53,590 bases of DNA from positions 62,001 through 115,590 of the forward strand of contig CAUYUJ010000308.1 of assembly GCA_963575745.1 (NCBI GenBank). The letters run 5' to 3'. Under the pieces are notes generated by a model, which was given only the letters and a program-made list of their open reading frames with translations, searched no databases and had not been told where the DNA came from. This DNA comes from Prorocentrum cordatum. Taxonomy: Eukaryota. Below, in pieces: positions 1-11,505 of the stretch (positions within the stretch are counted from its first letter, which is position 1; every line of letters begins with the position of its first letter). The position numbers were made by a program, and so were the translations under genes.

Positions 1-903
1 AGTGCGTAGTAAGTAGTGGGTAGTGATGATTACAGAGTAGTGGGTAGTGGCAGTGGGTAGTGAGTAGTGAGTAGCGAGTAGTGAGTAGCGAGTAGTGAGT
101 GGTGAGGAGCGAGTAGGGCGTAGTGAGTAGTGAACAGTGAGTAGTGAGTAGTGAGTAGAGAGTAGTCGCTAGTGAGTAGTGGGTAGTGATCAGTGAGTGA
201 AAAGTAGGGAGTAGCGAGTAGTGGGTAGTTAGTAGTGAGTAGTGAGTAGGGGGTAGTGAACAGTGAGTAGTAATAAGTGGGTAGCGAATAGTGGGTAGTG
301 AGTTGCGATTGGTGGGTAGTGTGTAGTGGGTAGTGAGTAGTGACTAGTGACTAGTGAGTTGTGACTAGTGGCTTGAGACTATGTAGTGACTAGTGAGTAG
401 GGAGTAGTAAGTAGTGAGTAGTGAACAGCGAGTAGCGGGGAGTGAGTAGTGAGTATTGAGTAGCGAATATGGGAGTAGCGAGTAGTGAGTACTGAGTACT
501 GTGTATTCAGTCATGTGTAGGGAGTAGGGAGTAGCGAGTAGCGAGTAGTGGGTAGTGAGTAGTGATTTGTGGGCAATGAGTAGTTACTAGTGAGTAGTGA
601 GTAGTGAGTAGTGGAAAGTGGGTAGTGGGGAATGAGTAGTGATTAGTGGGTAGTGAGTAAGGAATAGCCAGTAGTTCTTAGTGAGTAGTGAGTGTTGAGT
701 ACTGGGTAGTGAAGAGTGAGTAGCGAGTAGTGAGTAGCGAGGAGGGAGTAGTGAGTAGGGAGTAGTGAGTAGCGACTAGTGGGTGGTGGGTAGTGAGTAG
801 TGGATAGTGAGTAGTGAGTCGTGAGTAGTGAGTAGGGGGTAGTGAGAAGTGAGTAGCGAATAGCGAATAGTCAGTAGTGGGTAGTGAGTAACGAGTAGTG
901 AGT
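1..903. repeat. Degenerate 7-bp tandem repeat (GAGTAGT/GGGTAGT)n, running off the window start
   Basis: Continuous gtagtga/gtagtgg/gtagcga heptamers with scattered substitutions. Confidence 0.95.
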
Positions 904-1189
904 GCTCTTTGGGGCTGGGGTTAGTGGTTGGGGTTGTGATTCGGGGTTTGGGTGAGGACTAGGGGTAGGGGTGGCGGGGGTCGGGTTCCGGAATCAGGGG
1001 GCGGCGTGGCGAAAGGGGTGGGGGGGGTTGGGGACCGCCACACCCCTTGAAAGGGGGGAAGGGGGGGGGGGGGTCCCTCGACGACGGATCGGGGAAGGGA
1101 GGGAGGGGGGGGGGTTCCCCGACGACGGATCGGGGAAGGGGGGGGGTCCTAACCCCCCCCCTTGGGGAGATCCAGCGGCGCATCCTCCA

Positions 1190-1635
1190 CAATCGATCTC
1201 ACGACCCTTCGCATTATCGATCTTACAGGCGATGTCACTATCGATTTCACTTTTGATCGAATTATCAATCTCACGTGGTCGATCTCATATTCGATACCAC
1301 TATCGATTTCACGCGATCGATCTCTTGATCGATCTCGTTATCGCTCCCACGACCGATCGTGCAACCGATCTCGCTGTCCCTTTCGCTGCCGACATCGCAA
1401 TCTATCTCGCCATCGATCTCGCCATCGATCTGACCACCGATCTCACTGCCCCTCTCATCGTTGATGTCACAATCGATCTCACTTCCCCCTCCTCCTCCTT
1501 CTCCTCGTCTTCCACCTCCCCCTCCTCCTCCTCCTCCTCCTCCTCCTCTTCCTCCTCTTCCCTCACCATCGATCTCGCTGTCGATCTCACCATCGATATC
1601 GCCACCGATCTCGCCATCGATCTCGCCACCGATCC
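1190..1635. repeat. ATCGAT-rich ~12-bp degenerate minisatellite (CATCGATCTCRC)n with an internal (CCT)n tract
   Basis: Repeated catcgatctcgc/catcgatctcac units; (CCT)n at ~1485-1563. Confidence 0.85.
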
Positions 1636-1705
1636 GACAGTCCACCTCACCAGCACAGAGGGGCGCCCACGAGGCGCCCACGGGCGGCCACGGGCAGCAG
1701 CGTGT

Positions 1706-1847
1706 CAAGGGGGGAAAAAACACACACAAACACAATTACTCGTCGATTCCCAGGGACATCTGGGAAAATTTGGGAAGTGGGGGGGGGACGAGAACCCCAG
1801 AACTATGGGAACATATGGGGGATCCTGTTATGTGTGTATATTTATTT
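1706..1847 (+). mobile_element. Truncated, diverged copy of the ~162-bp CAGGAGGG...CCCCTTCA family
   Basis: Shares aaaaaacacacacaaacacaatta..cgtcgattccc..gggaagtggggg..atatggg..tgtgtgtat with the copies at 46100, 46350, 48805, 50302 and 52798; the 3' end is missing. Confidence 0.75.
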
Positions 1848-2059
1848 CATCGCTTCGCTCATTCCGCCGGCCCGTATTGGTGCACGGCTGTCGAGTGCCC
1901 GTGTGATCGTTGTCAATGGGGTGCTGCTGGGTAGTTTTTTTGTTTATGGATGGTTGGCTTTACCCTCCTGAACCTTCTGTTTCGGAAGGTGGCGGCTCGT
2001 GAATACGATCGCAGGGAACAAGACAACATTCTGCAGTTTCCTTTTTGCATTATTCGGGC

Positions 2060-2965
2060 CCCTTGTCGCTGGTTGGGGCCTCTTAGGCGCCTTTTAGGGC
2101 GTCCAGGAGGACTCCTGGAGTGGAAGGCTCGGATTCTCGGTTGGTGGTCTCCATCTTGGGCCTCTCTTGGGGCCCTCTTGGGGTCCTTTTGGGCCGTCTT
2201 GGGCGCCTCTTGCGCTGTCGTGGGCCTCTCTTGGACGGTCGTGGGCCTCTCTTGGAGGCCCCTTGGGCCGTCTTGGGGTGGTCTTGGAAGCTTCTTGGGC
2301 CGTCTTGGAGCGTCGGAAAGGCGAAAAGGCGAGGAAATCAAAAAGCTTGAAAGAACCAAATGGAAATCAATGGTTTTGGCGCTCTGAGGCTTCGTGGACG
2401 TTCATTGGGATCTCGTTGGATGCCTCTCGAGGGCTTCTTGGAGACTTTCGGGAGTCGTTGTCGAGCCTCTTGGGGTCTCTTTCGGGCCCCTCGTCGCCTT
2501 TTGGGGCCTCTTGGGGGCCTCTTGGAGCCTCCAGGAGGCCTCTTGGAGCGGAAGGCTCGGATTCTCGGTTCGTGGTCTCCATGTTGGGCCCCTCTTGGGG
2601 CCCTCTTGGGGTCCTTTTGGACCGTCTTGGGCGCCTCTTGGGCTGTCGTGGGGCCCTCTTGGGCGGTCTTGGGGCTCTCTTGGAGGCCTCTTGGGCCGTC
2701 TTGGGGTGGTTTTGGAGGCTTCTTGGGCCGTCTTGGAGCGTCGGAAACGCGAAAAGGCGAGGAAGCCAAAAACCTTGAAAAACCCAATGGGAATCAATGA
2801 TTTTGGCCTCTTGGGGCTCTCTTGGAAAGGGTCGGGGTTCTCTTGGGACGTCTTGGAAGCTTCTTGGGCCGTCTTGAGGCCGTGTTGGGCGTCTTGGGCC
2901 GATCAATCGGTGATTCGGAACCCTCTTGGACCGTCTTGGAAGCCTGTTGAGGCCCTCTTGGCGCG
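2060..2965. repeat. Dispersed low-complexity (GGGCCNTCTTG)-type repeat with an internal ~420-bp duplication
   Basis: Recurrent cctcttggg/ccgtcttgg units; 2095-2390 resembles 2520-2820. The same repeat type occurs at 43900-45110 (reverse) and 53060-53330. Confidence 0.85.
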
Positions 2966-3144
2966 CTCCGGGGAGCGTGGAAGGCCGCACCCAGGAGGAA
3001 AACCATCTCTGACCCGAGTCTGCCGGGAGTGTCCCGGGACCTTGCCGGGGTATTTTCCAGCCGGGGACCCCCAGGGGCCGCTCCGCGCGCGCGAAGTATA
3101 GAATTATTGTTAACCAGTTACCGGAGATCTTAGCATAGTCTGGG

Positions 3145-3242
3145 GACTATTCTTTGCGTATTTTTGACCATTTTGGAATATTTTTGAATATTTTTTGTTT
3201 TTCGCCGAAAATCCCCCTGTAGGGGGACACGCCCGACTTAAC
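3145..3242. mobile_element. Partial (right-half) copy of the GTCGGGC/GCCCGAC MITE family
   Basis: cctgtagggggacacgcccgacttaa (3216-3241) and the upstream T-rich gaccatttt segment match the right half of 39781-39938. Confidence 0.6.
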
Positions 3243-4143
3243 GGTGGCGTTCCACCGATCCCCCTCCCCATCCTTATTTATGGTGTTCCAACCTGCTTCA
3301 GCCTTGACCACCAGGAAGAATTTCGAGCCCCTCCAAAGTGCCTAAACTCGAGGGATTTCACGTGTCGGGCCCTGGGAGGCACTCGTCCGACACTGTTTCG
3401 ACACTCCTTCGACACTCTTGCGGGTGCTCGAAATTATTACTGAGATGTGGTCCTTAAGTACGACGGAGCAACATCACCCCATCCCTGTCCCCTTCGAGAC
3501 CCCCACCAAATTACCGCTTCTGTTGGGGATACACCCCTCGAAACCCGAAGGGAACGACCCATATCCCCATCCAGCGGGGTAAATCGGCCAGTGGGACCCA
3601 GGCCACGCCGCTGGGGATGGGGATCGGTGAAACGATACTCAATGCGCCCAGCGCCGGAGCCCAGAGCTTAGGGCTGCTCTCGGCCACGCGCAGAGTGGGG
3701 TTAGGGGAAGGGGGGAAGGCTTCTCAGAAGCACCCTTGCTTCGGCGAAGGCGCTGGCCTTACCTGTAGATGTAAGGCCGGCGCCTTCCAAGAAGCAGCCC
3801 CCTCCTATGAAGCCTTCCCCCCACCCCCTACCCCCCTCTGCGCGCAACCAGGTACAGTGGGGGCCCATGCCAAGAAGCACCCTGCTTGTCTCCAGGGTGC
3901 CCTGGGTTTCTTGGGTGTCGATGGTTTTGCGATGGAAAGCGTGACGCTCCCACAACAGAAATCAATGGCTTCCTGGGGTCTCAGGGTTGGGTTTTTTGTG
4001 GAAGGTTTCTTGTGGACTGGCCTCCACTGTAAGAGCCTGGCGCCGGGGCTCCCAGGGCTTCTGGGCTCTTGCTCGTCTTCTGCGGTGGGGCCTGCCTCAG
4101 TGGCTCCCCTCGGGCGGCCAGTGCAGAGCGGCGAAGCTCCTCT

Positions 4144-5016
4144 TGATGGGCCCCCCTTTCCAACGCCGCTACCACAGGTGGGAGAGGAGGAGGAGGAGGA
4201 GGAGGAGGAGGAGGAGGAGGGAGGAGGAGGGAGGAGGAGGAGGAGGCGGAGGCGGAGGCGGAGGCGGAGGCGGAGGCGGAGCGGAGGCGGAGGCGGAGGG
4301 CGGAGGCGGGGAGGCTGAGGACGGAGGCGGAGGCGGAGGGCGGAGGCGGAGGCGGAGGCGGAGGCGGAGGAGGGCGGCGGAGGCGGAGGAGGAGGAGGAG
4401 GAGGAGGAGGAGGAGGAGGATGGAGGAGGGAGGAGGCGGAGGCGGGGTGGAATCGAGGCGGAGGCGGAGCGGAGGCGGAGCAGAGCGGAGAGGAGGCGGC
4501 GGCGGAGGCGGAGGCGGAGGCGAGGAGGAGGAGGAGGAGGCGGGAGAGGAGGAGGGCGGAGGCGGAGGCGGAGGCAGGCGGAGGCGGGAGGAGGAGGGAG
4601 GAGGAGGAGGAGGGGAGGAGGAGGAGGAGGAGGAGGAGGAGGGGAGGAGAGGAGGAGGAGGAGGAGGAGGAGGAAGAGGAGGAGAGGATGCTGCGGCGGA
4701 GGCGGAGGCGGAGGCGGCGGCGGAGGCGAGGACGGAGATACGGAGGGAGGAAGGAGAGGAGGAGGAGGAGGCGGAGGAGAGGCGGAGGAGAGAGGAGGAG
4801 TGAGGAGGAGGAGGAGGAGGAGGAGGAGGAGGAGGCGGAGGGTGGGAGCGGAGGCGGAGGGCGGAGGCGGGGGCGGAGGCGGAGGAGGGGAGGAAGGAGG
4901 AGGAGGAGGAGGAGGAGGAGGAGGAGGAGGAGGAGGAGGAGGAGAAGGAGGACCTCCTCATCCTCCCTCTTCCCCCGTCCTACATATTGTAGTGGTGGTG
5001 GAACATTTGCCCATCA
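4144..5016. mobile_element. TGATGGGC...GCCCATCA terminal-inverted-repeat element filled with (GGA)n/(GGCGGA)n microsatellite
   Basis: Perfect 8-bp TIR plus subterminal inverted motifs; flanks CCTCT/TCTCT (4/5 match, candidate 5-bp TSD); a relative lies at 37457-37715. Confidence 0.65.
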
Positions 5017-5263
5017 TCTCTGGCTCTCAAGTTTGTGTTCAGCCGCCGCCCTCGCGCTACAGTCGGACTGAGGTAGAAGGTCGAGGTCGGTTCGGGGAGG
5101 GTGCCCTAGTGCTCTTCGTGTTTGTTGGATGCTCTTGTGCGTCCTGGGGGAGGGTACCTTCGAATCCTCCCCATATTTTGGCCGGCGGGGGGCCTCATGT
5201 TCTTGAGGGATGTTCTGCTGGCCCAGGTCCGACTGTATCCACCCATCCCCGTCCTCCCCGCAG

Positions 5264-5387
5264 GGCGCCAGAGGGCGCGCTGCTGGCGTGCGGTGGGTGC
5301 AAGGCGGCGGAGTACTGCTCCCGCCACTGCCAGAGGGCCGCCTGGGGGCTCCACCGGGCGGCGTGCGCGGGGCGGCCCCGGGGCTGA
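5264..5387 (+). CDS. Terminal exon of a MYND-type zinc-finger protein (upstream exons not identified)
   Basis: Translates APEGALLACGGCKAAEYCSRHCQRAAWGLHRAACAGRPRG*, matching the CxxC-x4-YCSxxCQxxxWxxHxxxC part of zf-MYND. It is preceded by pyrimidine-rich ccccgtcctccccgcAG|G. The first CxxC pair is absent, implying an upstream exon. Confidence 0.8.
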
Positions 5388-5657
5388 GAGCTCGGTGCGG
5401 CCGCGGCGGCCGCGCGCGACGTGCGGCAGAGGGCGCAGCCCGCGCTGGGGAAGGGGTGGCCTTGGCATCGCTCGGACGTGTGCATTTTTTCTCGGCGGGG
5501 ACCTTAGAGGAGCATTTTGGATCATCTTGCGAAGAATACACACGCGAAATCGAAAATGCATGGGGAATGGACGCCCAGCGGTGGCGAGTGGCGGGTCGCC
5601 CGCCGAGGGCGTGAGGAGGATCGCGCTTCGCATGTCGCAGCCAGGGCTGGAGAGTTG

Positions 5658-6221
5658 CTATCGTCCAGGTGCCCTGGGGGGCCTGGCGACGGCGCGAAGA
5701 GAAACGCGCATCGCGCACCGCGGCGGGGCGCGGTGTGCGAGATCAGGCGGGGGATCCACAGAAGGCTCCTGTGCATCAGACCATGCCTGGCCAGAGACAT
5801 CCTGGGCCCCAGGCTTGAGAGTATAGACCCTCTTGGCCTCGGCCAAGAGGACGTTTACACCATACTGGGGCCCAGACTGGCCCTGGCCAGGCATGGTGGG
5901 GGCGTATACATGCCTTCTGCGTAGGGGGGGGCAGTCAGTCGTTGGCGATGATTTTGACGACGGCAGCGGCAATGACTGCGGCGGCGTCCGCCGTACTGCC
6001 CAGCAGAGCAAAGCTTGATGCCCCGTCGCCGGCAGGGGCTTCCTCTCTAGCAGAGCAGGGCTCGATGCCTCACTGCCAGCAGGGGCTTCTCTCTCCCTCC
6101 CTGCTCCCCCTGCCCCTTCTTCTGGCCCCTCATTCCCGTCCCCCCCTGGCGAGCTGGTTGTCGCCTCCCTCCTCCACCCAGTCCCGGCATTCTCTTTCTG
6201 AGTGACGTGATCAATCAGACC
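5658..6221 (-). CDS. Candidate 3' exon(s) of an unknown minus-strand gene
   Basis: AG|G acceptor at 6222/6221 is in frame with the open ORF GLIDHVTQKENAG...HVYAPTMPGQGQSGPQYGVNVLLAEAKRVYTLKPG; non-repetitive, protein-like composition; no recognisable domain. Confidence 0.3.
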   Translation of the reverse strand, partial: GLIDHVTQKENAGTGWRREATTSSPGGDGNEGPEEGAGGAGREREAPAGSEASSPALLERKPLPATGHQALLCWAVRRTPPQSLPLPSSKSSPTTDCPPLRRRHVYAPTMPGQGQSGPQYGVNVLLAEAKRVYTLKPGAQDVSGQAWSDAQEPSVDPPPDLAHRAPPRCAMRVSLRAVARPPRAPGR

Positions 6222-6384
6222 CTTGGCCCGCCCGCCCGACCCGCCCGTTGAGGTTCTCGCCCGCCCGACCTGCCCTTTGGGGTCAGCCCGCCAGCCAGCC
6301 CGTCGCCTGCTTGGGAAGCCCGCCCGCCCACTTCGGTGTTCCGCCCGACTCTCTAGGACTCCAAGATGGGGTCGGAGCAGACGG

Positions 6385-6515
6385 GGTCGAAGAGTCGCGC
6401 CGCATCGCTGATGCATCGACGATGCGGCTCGATGTGGAGTCCGATTTTCTCCACGCCGACGGCGCCGATGCATCGTCGACGTCGACGATGCATCGCCAGT
6501 ACATCACCGATGCAT
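6385..6515. repeat. CGATGCATCG-rich dispersed element containing a perfect 30-bp palindrome (6466-6495)
   Basis: CGATGCATCGTCGAC|GTCGACGATGCATCG; 6385-6445 is homologous to 38830-38893. Confidence 0.8.
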
Positions 6516-6581
6516 AGCCTGTCCTCCGACCCGATATACTCCGACCCTCCTTGCCTCGTGACCCGCTTCCCGCAATCGGAC

Positions 6582-6637
6582 CTGCTGCTGCTGCCGCATC
6601 TCTCGCCGTCGCCTCTCCAGGGCGACGAGATCTAGAC
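6582..6637 (-). CDS. Candidate 56-nt internal exon (G)LDLVALERRRREMRQQQQ
   Basis: Bounded by cgcAG|G and cAG|GT on the minus strand; its phase-0 donor fits the acceptor at 6221. Confidence 0.35.
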
Positions 6638-9600
6638 CTGCGGCGGGCGGACACAATTTGAGTGAACGCCCCACTTCCCCGCTCAAATGGGTGCCAGCCA
6701 GGTGGTTTTTTTTGGATCCATCTCGTTCTGAAGCCCTACTCCTCCATCTCCGTTCCAGCGCCAACCTGGGAGGCCGCTCTGGGGCGCGCCTGGATTGCGG
6801 CCGCGCCGTTTTAACGGCCGGCAGCTTCTTCCATGAGGCGTCGGCTATCCAACCGCGCCACAGCCAGGCCAATGTCTGGCATGAAGCGCCCCTGTGTTGC
6901 TTTTTTTCAACCTGGGGCGTCATCCGCTCAGAGGACAGCTCGCGTACACTGTACGACTTGGCCGCCCCCTGCTGGGGTGGCGTGCGAATGTCCGACTCGG
7001 TGGTGGAGCGTGCGGGCAGGGGCCAGGCAGACAGGAGGGGGTGCTGTACCCGTGCTGAGCCAGCTTTTCCGAATTTTCGGCAGCGTCGAGCTTCATTCCG
7101 CCTTGTCCAACCGAGCAGAGGGTGTGGTTGACGATTTCTGACGCGCCGCTGTGTCAGCATGTGCGCTCCCCCATTGCGCCAGTGCCAGCGCCTTCATGAC
7201 AGCATCTCCCCATTTCGGCACAGCCTTCACACGCTTCTTGGCCCCATATGGACTTCCCCTCCCTTCGTCCTGCCTGCCTTTCGGTATTCGCGCCTGCATA
7301 TGGTCGGGTCCGTCGCCAGGATAAGTTTGGATCCATTATCTCTTTCCGAAGGTCTCCTCCTCCATACTCGCTCCAGTGCCAACCTGGAAGGCTTCAGGGT
7401 ACACGGATTGCGGACGCGCCGTTTTAACGGCCGGCAGCTTCTTCCATGAGGCGTCGGCTATCCAACCGCGCCACAGCCAGGCCAATGTCTGGCATGAAGC
7501 GCCCTGTGTTGTTTTTTTTCAACCTGGGGCGTCATCCGCTCAGAGGACAGCTCACGTCCACTGCCCGACTTGGGCGCCCCCTGCTGGGGTGGCGTGCGAA
7601 TGTCCGTCGCAGTGGGAGAGCGGGGCAGGGAGGGGCCAGGCAGACAGTAGGGAGGGGGAACCATACCCGCTTTCAGCCTGTTTTTCCGAAGGCACCGCAC
7701 CGTCAAGCTTCATTCCGCCTTGTCCAACCGACCAGGGGGTGTGGTTGACGATCTCCTATTAGAAGTGCCGCTGTGTCAGCACGTGCACTCGCCTATTGCC
7801 CGCCTGCCTTTGCCGCTGCTCCCTTGATGCGCTTCCAGAGAGGTCTCGGAGTCATTGCCGTTGTCGACGAGCCAGCATTACGACCGAACGCCAGTGACGA
7901 GTCCCATTCCTGTTGGTTCAACCGAGCAGAGGATGAGAATGACAAGTTTCAGCCTTGGCCGAGGCGTCATGGTGTGAACATATGCTATCTCCTCTGCTTG
8001 CCCCCTCCCCAGTGCCCCACCTGTGCATCTGCATCTGCTGCCTGGACCTCCTTGCAGACCGCTCGTGGAATCATGGCCTTCATCGGGCGTGCTTCGGGCT
8101 GGTAATTATCATTCGTTCTCGTCGGCGCAACCGAGCCGAGGGTGAGGATGAAGTATTGCAGCCGTGGCCGAGGTCCTGTTCTGCGTGCGCTGGCCATCGC
8201 CACGTTTTCGGGACGCTTGGATCGTGGCTAAATGGGTGCTGGCTAGGTGGGCCTTGTTCTGGATCCATCTCGTTCCGAAGCCCTCCTCCTCCATCTCCGC
8301 TCCAGTGCCAACCTGGGAGGCCACTCTGGGGTGCGCCTGGATTGCGGGCGCGCCGTTTTAACGGCCGGCAGCTTCTTCCATGAGGCGTCGGCTATCCAAC
8401 CGCGCTACAGCCAGGCCAATGTCTGGCATGAAGCGCCCCTGTGTTGCTTTTTTTCAACCTGGGGCGTCATCCGCTCAGAGGACAGCTCGCGTACACTGCA
8501 CGACTTGGACGCCCCCTGCTGGGGTGGCGTGCGAATGTCCGTCTCGGTGGTAGAGCGGGCGGGAAGGGGCCAGGCATACAGTAGGGAGGGGGTGCTGTAC
8601 CCGTGCTGAGCCAGCTTTTCCGAATTTTCGGCAGCGTCGAGCTTCATTCCGCCTTGTCCAACCGAGCAGGGGGTGTGGTTGATGATATCTGAAGCGCCGC
8701 TGTGTCAGCATGTGCGCTCCCCCATTGCGCCAGTGCCAGCGCCCTCATGACAGCACCTCCCTATTTCGGCACAGCCTTCACACGCTTCTTGGCCCCATAT
8801 GGACTTCCCCTTCCTTCGTCCTGCATGCCTTTCGGTATTCGCGCGTGCACTTGGTTGGGTCCGTCGCCAGGATAAGTTTGGATTCATCATCTCTTTCCGA
8901 AGGTCTCCTCCTCCATACCCGCTCCAGTGCCAACCTGGAAGGCTTCAGGGTACACATGGATTGCGGACGCGCCGTTTTAACGGCCGGCAGCTTCTTCCAT
9001 GAGGCGTCGGCTATCCAACCGCGCCACAGCCAGGCCAATGTCTGGCATGAAGCGCCACTGCGTTGTTTTTTTTTCAACCTGGGGCGTCATCCGCTCAGAG
9101 GACAGCTCACGCCCACTGCACGACTTGGGCGCCCCCTGCTGGGGTGGCGTGCGAATGTCCGTCTCGGTGGTAGAGCGGGCGGGAAGGGGCCAGGCATACA
9201 GGAGGGAGGGCGTGCTGTACCCGTGCTGAGCCAGCTTTTCCGAATTTTCGGCAGCGTCGAGCTTTATTTCGCCTTGTCCAACCGAGCAGGGGGTGCGGTT
9301 GACGATTTCTGAAGCGCCGCTGTGTCAGCATGTGCACTCCCCCATTGCGCCATTGCCAGCCCCCTCATGACAGCATCTCCCTATTTCGGCACAGCCTTCA
9401 CACGCTTCTTGGCCCCATGTGGACTTCCCCTTACTTCGTCCTGCCTGCCTTTCGGTATTCGCGCTTGCATATGGTCGGGTCCGTCGCCAGGATAAGTTTG
9501 GATCCACTATCTCTTTCCGAAGGTCTCCTCCTCCATACCCGCTCCAGTGCCAACCTGGAAGGCTTCAGGGTACACATGTATTACGGACGCGCCGGTTTAA

Positions 9601-9815
9601 CGGCCAGCAGCTTCTTCCATGAGGCGTCGGCTATCCAACCGCGCCACAGCCAGGCCAATGTCTGGCATGAAGGGCTCCGTGTTGTTTTTTCCCAACCAAC
9701 CTGTGTTGTTGGGCCCTCGTTTTGAAGAGACAGCGCCCGCGTCCTCCCGCTGCCCCCCTCCCTCTCCCCATCATCAGCAGCCCCATCATCAGGATCACCG
9801 TCACCATCGTTATCG

Positions 9816-9816
<1 letters not shown>

Positions 9817-9914
<98 letters not shown>

Positions 9915-11505
9915 GTTCGGCACACCCCTCACACGGCTCGTGGCCCCATAGGGAGCTCCACCGAAGGCCTCAATGGCTGCGTCCTCATGCGTCACCGCAT
10001 CCATTACGGCACACCCCCCACACGGTTCGTGGCCCCATGGGGAGCTCCACCGAAGGCCCCAGTGGCTGCGTCCTCATGCGCCACCGCCACCCATTACGGC
10101 ACACCCCTCACACGGTTCGTGGCCCCATGGGGAGCTCCACCGAAGGCCCCAGTGGTTGCGTCCTCATGCGTCACCGCCACCCATTACGGCACACCCCTCA
10201 CACGGTTCGTCGCCCCATAGGGAGCTCCACCGAAGGCCCCAATGGTTGCGTCTTCATGCGTTACCGCCACCCATTACAGCACACCCCTCACACGGTTCGT
10301 GGCCCCATAGGGAGTTCCACCGAAGGCCCCAGTGGTTGTGTCCTCATGCGTTACCGCCACCGATTACGGCACGCCCCTCACACGGTTCGTGGCCCCACAG
10401 GGAGTTCCACCGAAGGCCTCAATGATTGCGTCCTCATGCGTTACCGCCACCCATTACGGCACGCCCCTCACACGGTTCGTGGCCCCATAGGGAGTTCCAC
10501 CGAAGGCCTCAATGGCTGCGTCCTCACTCGTCACCGCCACCCATTACGGCACACCCCTCACACGGTTCGTGGCCCCATGGGGAGCTCCACCGAAGGACCC
10601 AGTCGCTGCGTCCTCAAGCGTCACCGCCACCCATTACGGCACACCCTTCACACGGTTCGTGGCCCCATAGGGAGCTCCACCGAAGGCCCCAGTGGCTGCG
10701 TCCTCATGCGTTACCGCCACCCATTACGGCACACCCCCCACACGGTTCGTGGCCCAATAGGGAGCTCCACCGAAGGCCCCAAAACAGGCCCCAGTGGCTG
10801 CGTCCTCATGCGTCACCGCCACCCATTACGGCACACCCCCCACACGGTTCGTGGCCCCATGGGGAGCTCCACCGAAGGACCCAGTCGCTGCGTCCTCACT
10901 CGTCACCGCCACCCATTACGGCACACCCCTCACACGGTTCGTGGCCCCATAGGGAGCTCCACCGAAGGCCCCAGTGGCTGCGTCCTCATGCGTCACCGCC
11001 ACCCATTACGGCACACCCCTCACACGATTCGTGGCCCCATAGGGAGCTCCACCGAAGGCCCAAGTGGCTGCATCCTCATGCGTCACCGCCACCCATTACG
11101 GCACACCCCTCACACGGTTCGTGGCCCCATAGGGAGCTCCACCGAAGGCCTCAATGGTTGCGTCCTCGTGCGTCACCGCCACCCATTACGGCACACCCCT
11201 CACACGGTTCGTGGCCCCATAGGGAGCTCCACCGAAGGCCCCAGTGGCTGCGTCCTCAAGCGTCACCGCCACCCATTACTGCACACCCTTCACACGGTTC
11301 GTGGCCCCATAGGGAGCTCCATTGAACGCCCCAGTGGTTGCGTCCTCATGCGTCACTGCCACCCACTACGGCACACCCCTCACACGATTCGTGGCCCCAG
11401 AGGATGTTCCACCGAAAGCTCCAGTGGGAGGGTTCGCATGTCACCACCACGCCCAATCCGGCACGCCCCTCACTGTGCGTGGCCCCATAAGGAGCTCCAT
11501 CGGAA
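9817..11505. repeat. (CAT)n tract followed by a 90-bp minisatellite block (~17 units)
   Basis: Unit cacacccctcacacggttcgtggccccatagggagctccaccgaaggccccagtggctgcgtcctcatgcgtcaccgccacccattacgg at 90-bp periodicity. Confidence 0.95.

Noticed and set aside
1..960. Telomere
   Set aside because: The heptamer GAGTAGT does not match the TTTAGGG telomere repeat reported for dinoflagellates and is highly degenerate.
3981..5071. Long poly-Arg/Gly/Glu/Pro ORFs (also 37398-41661, 45974-48009, 50153-51194)
   Set aside because: They are translations of (GAG)n/(GGCGGA)n microsatellites and GC-rich, stop-poor DNA.
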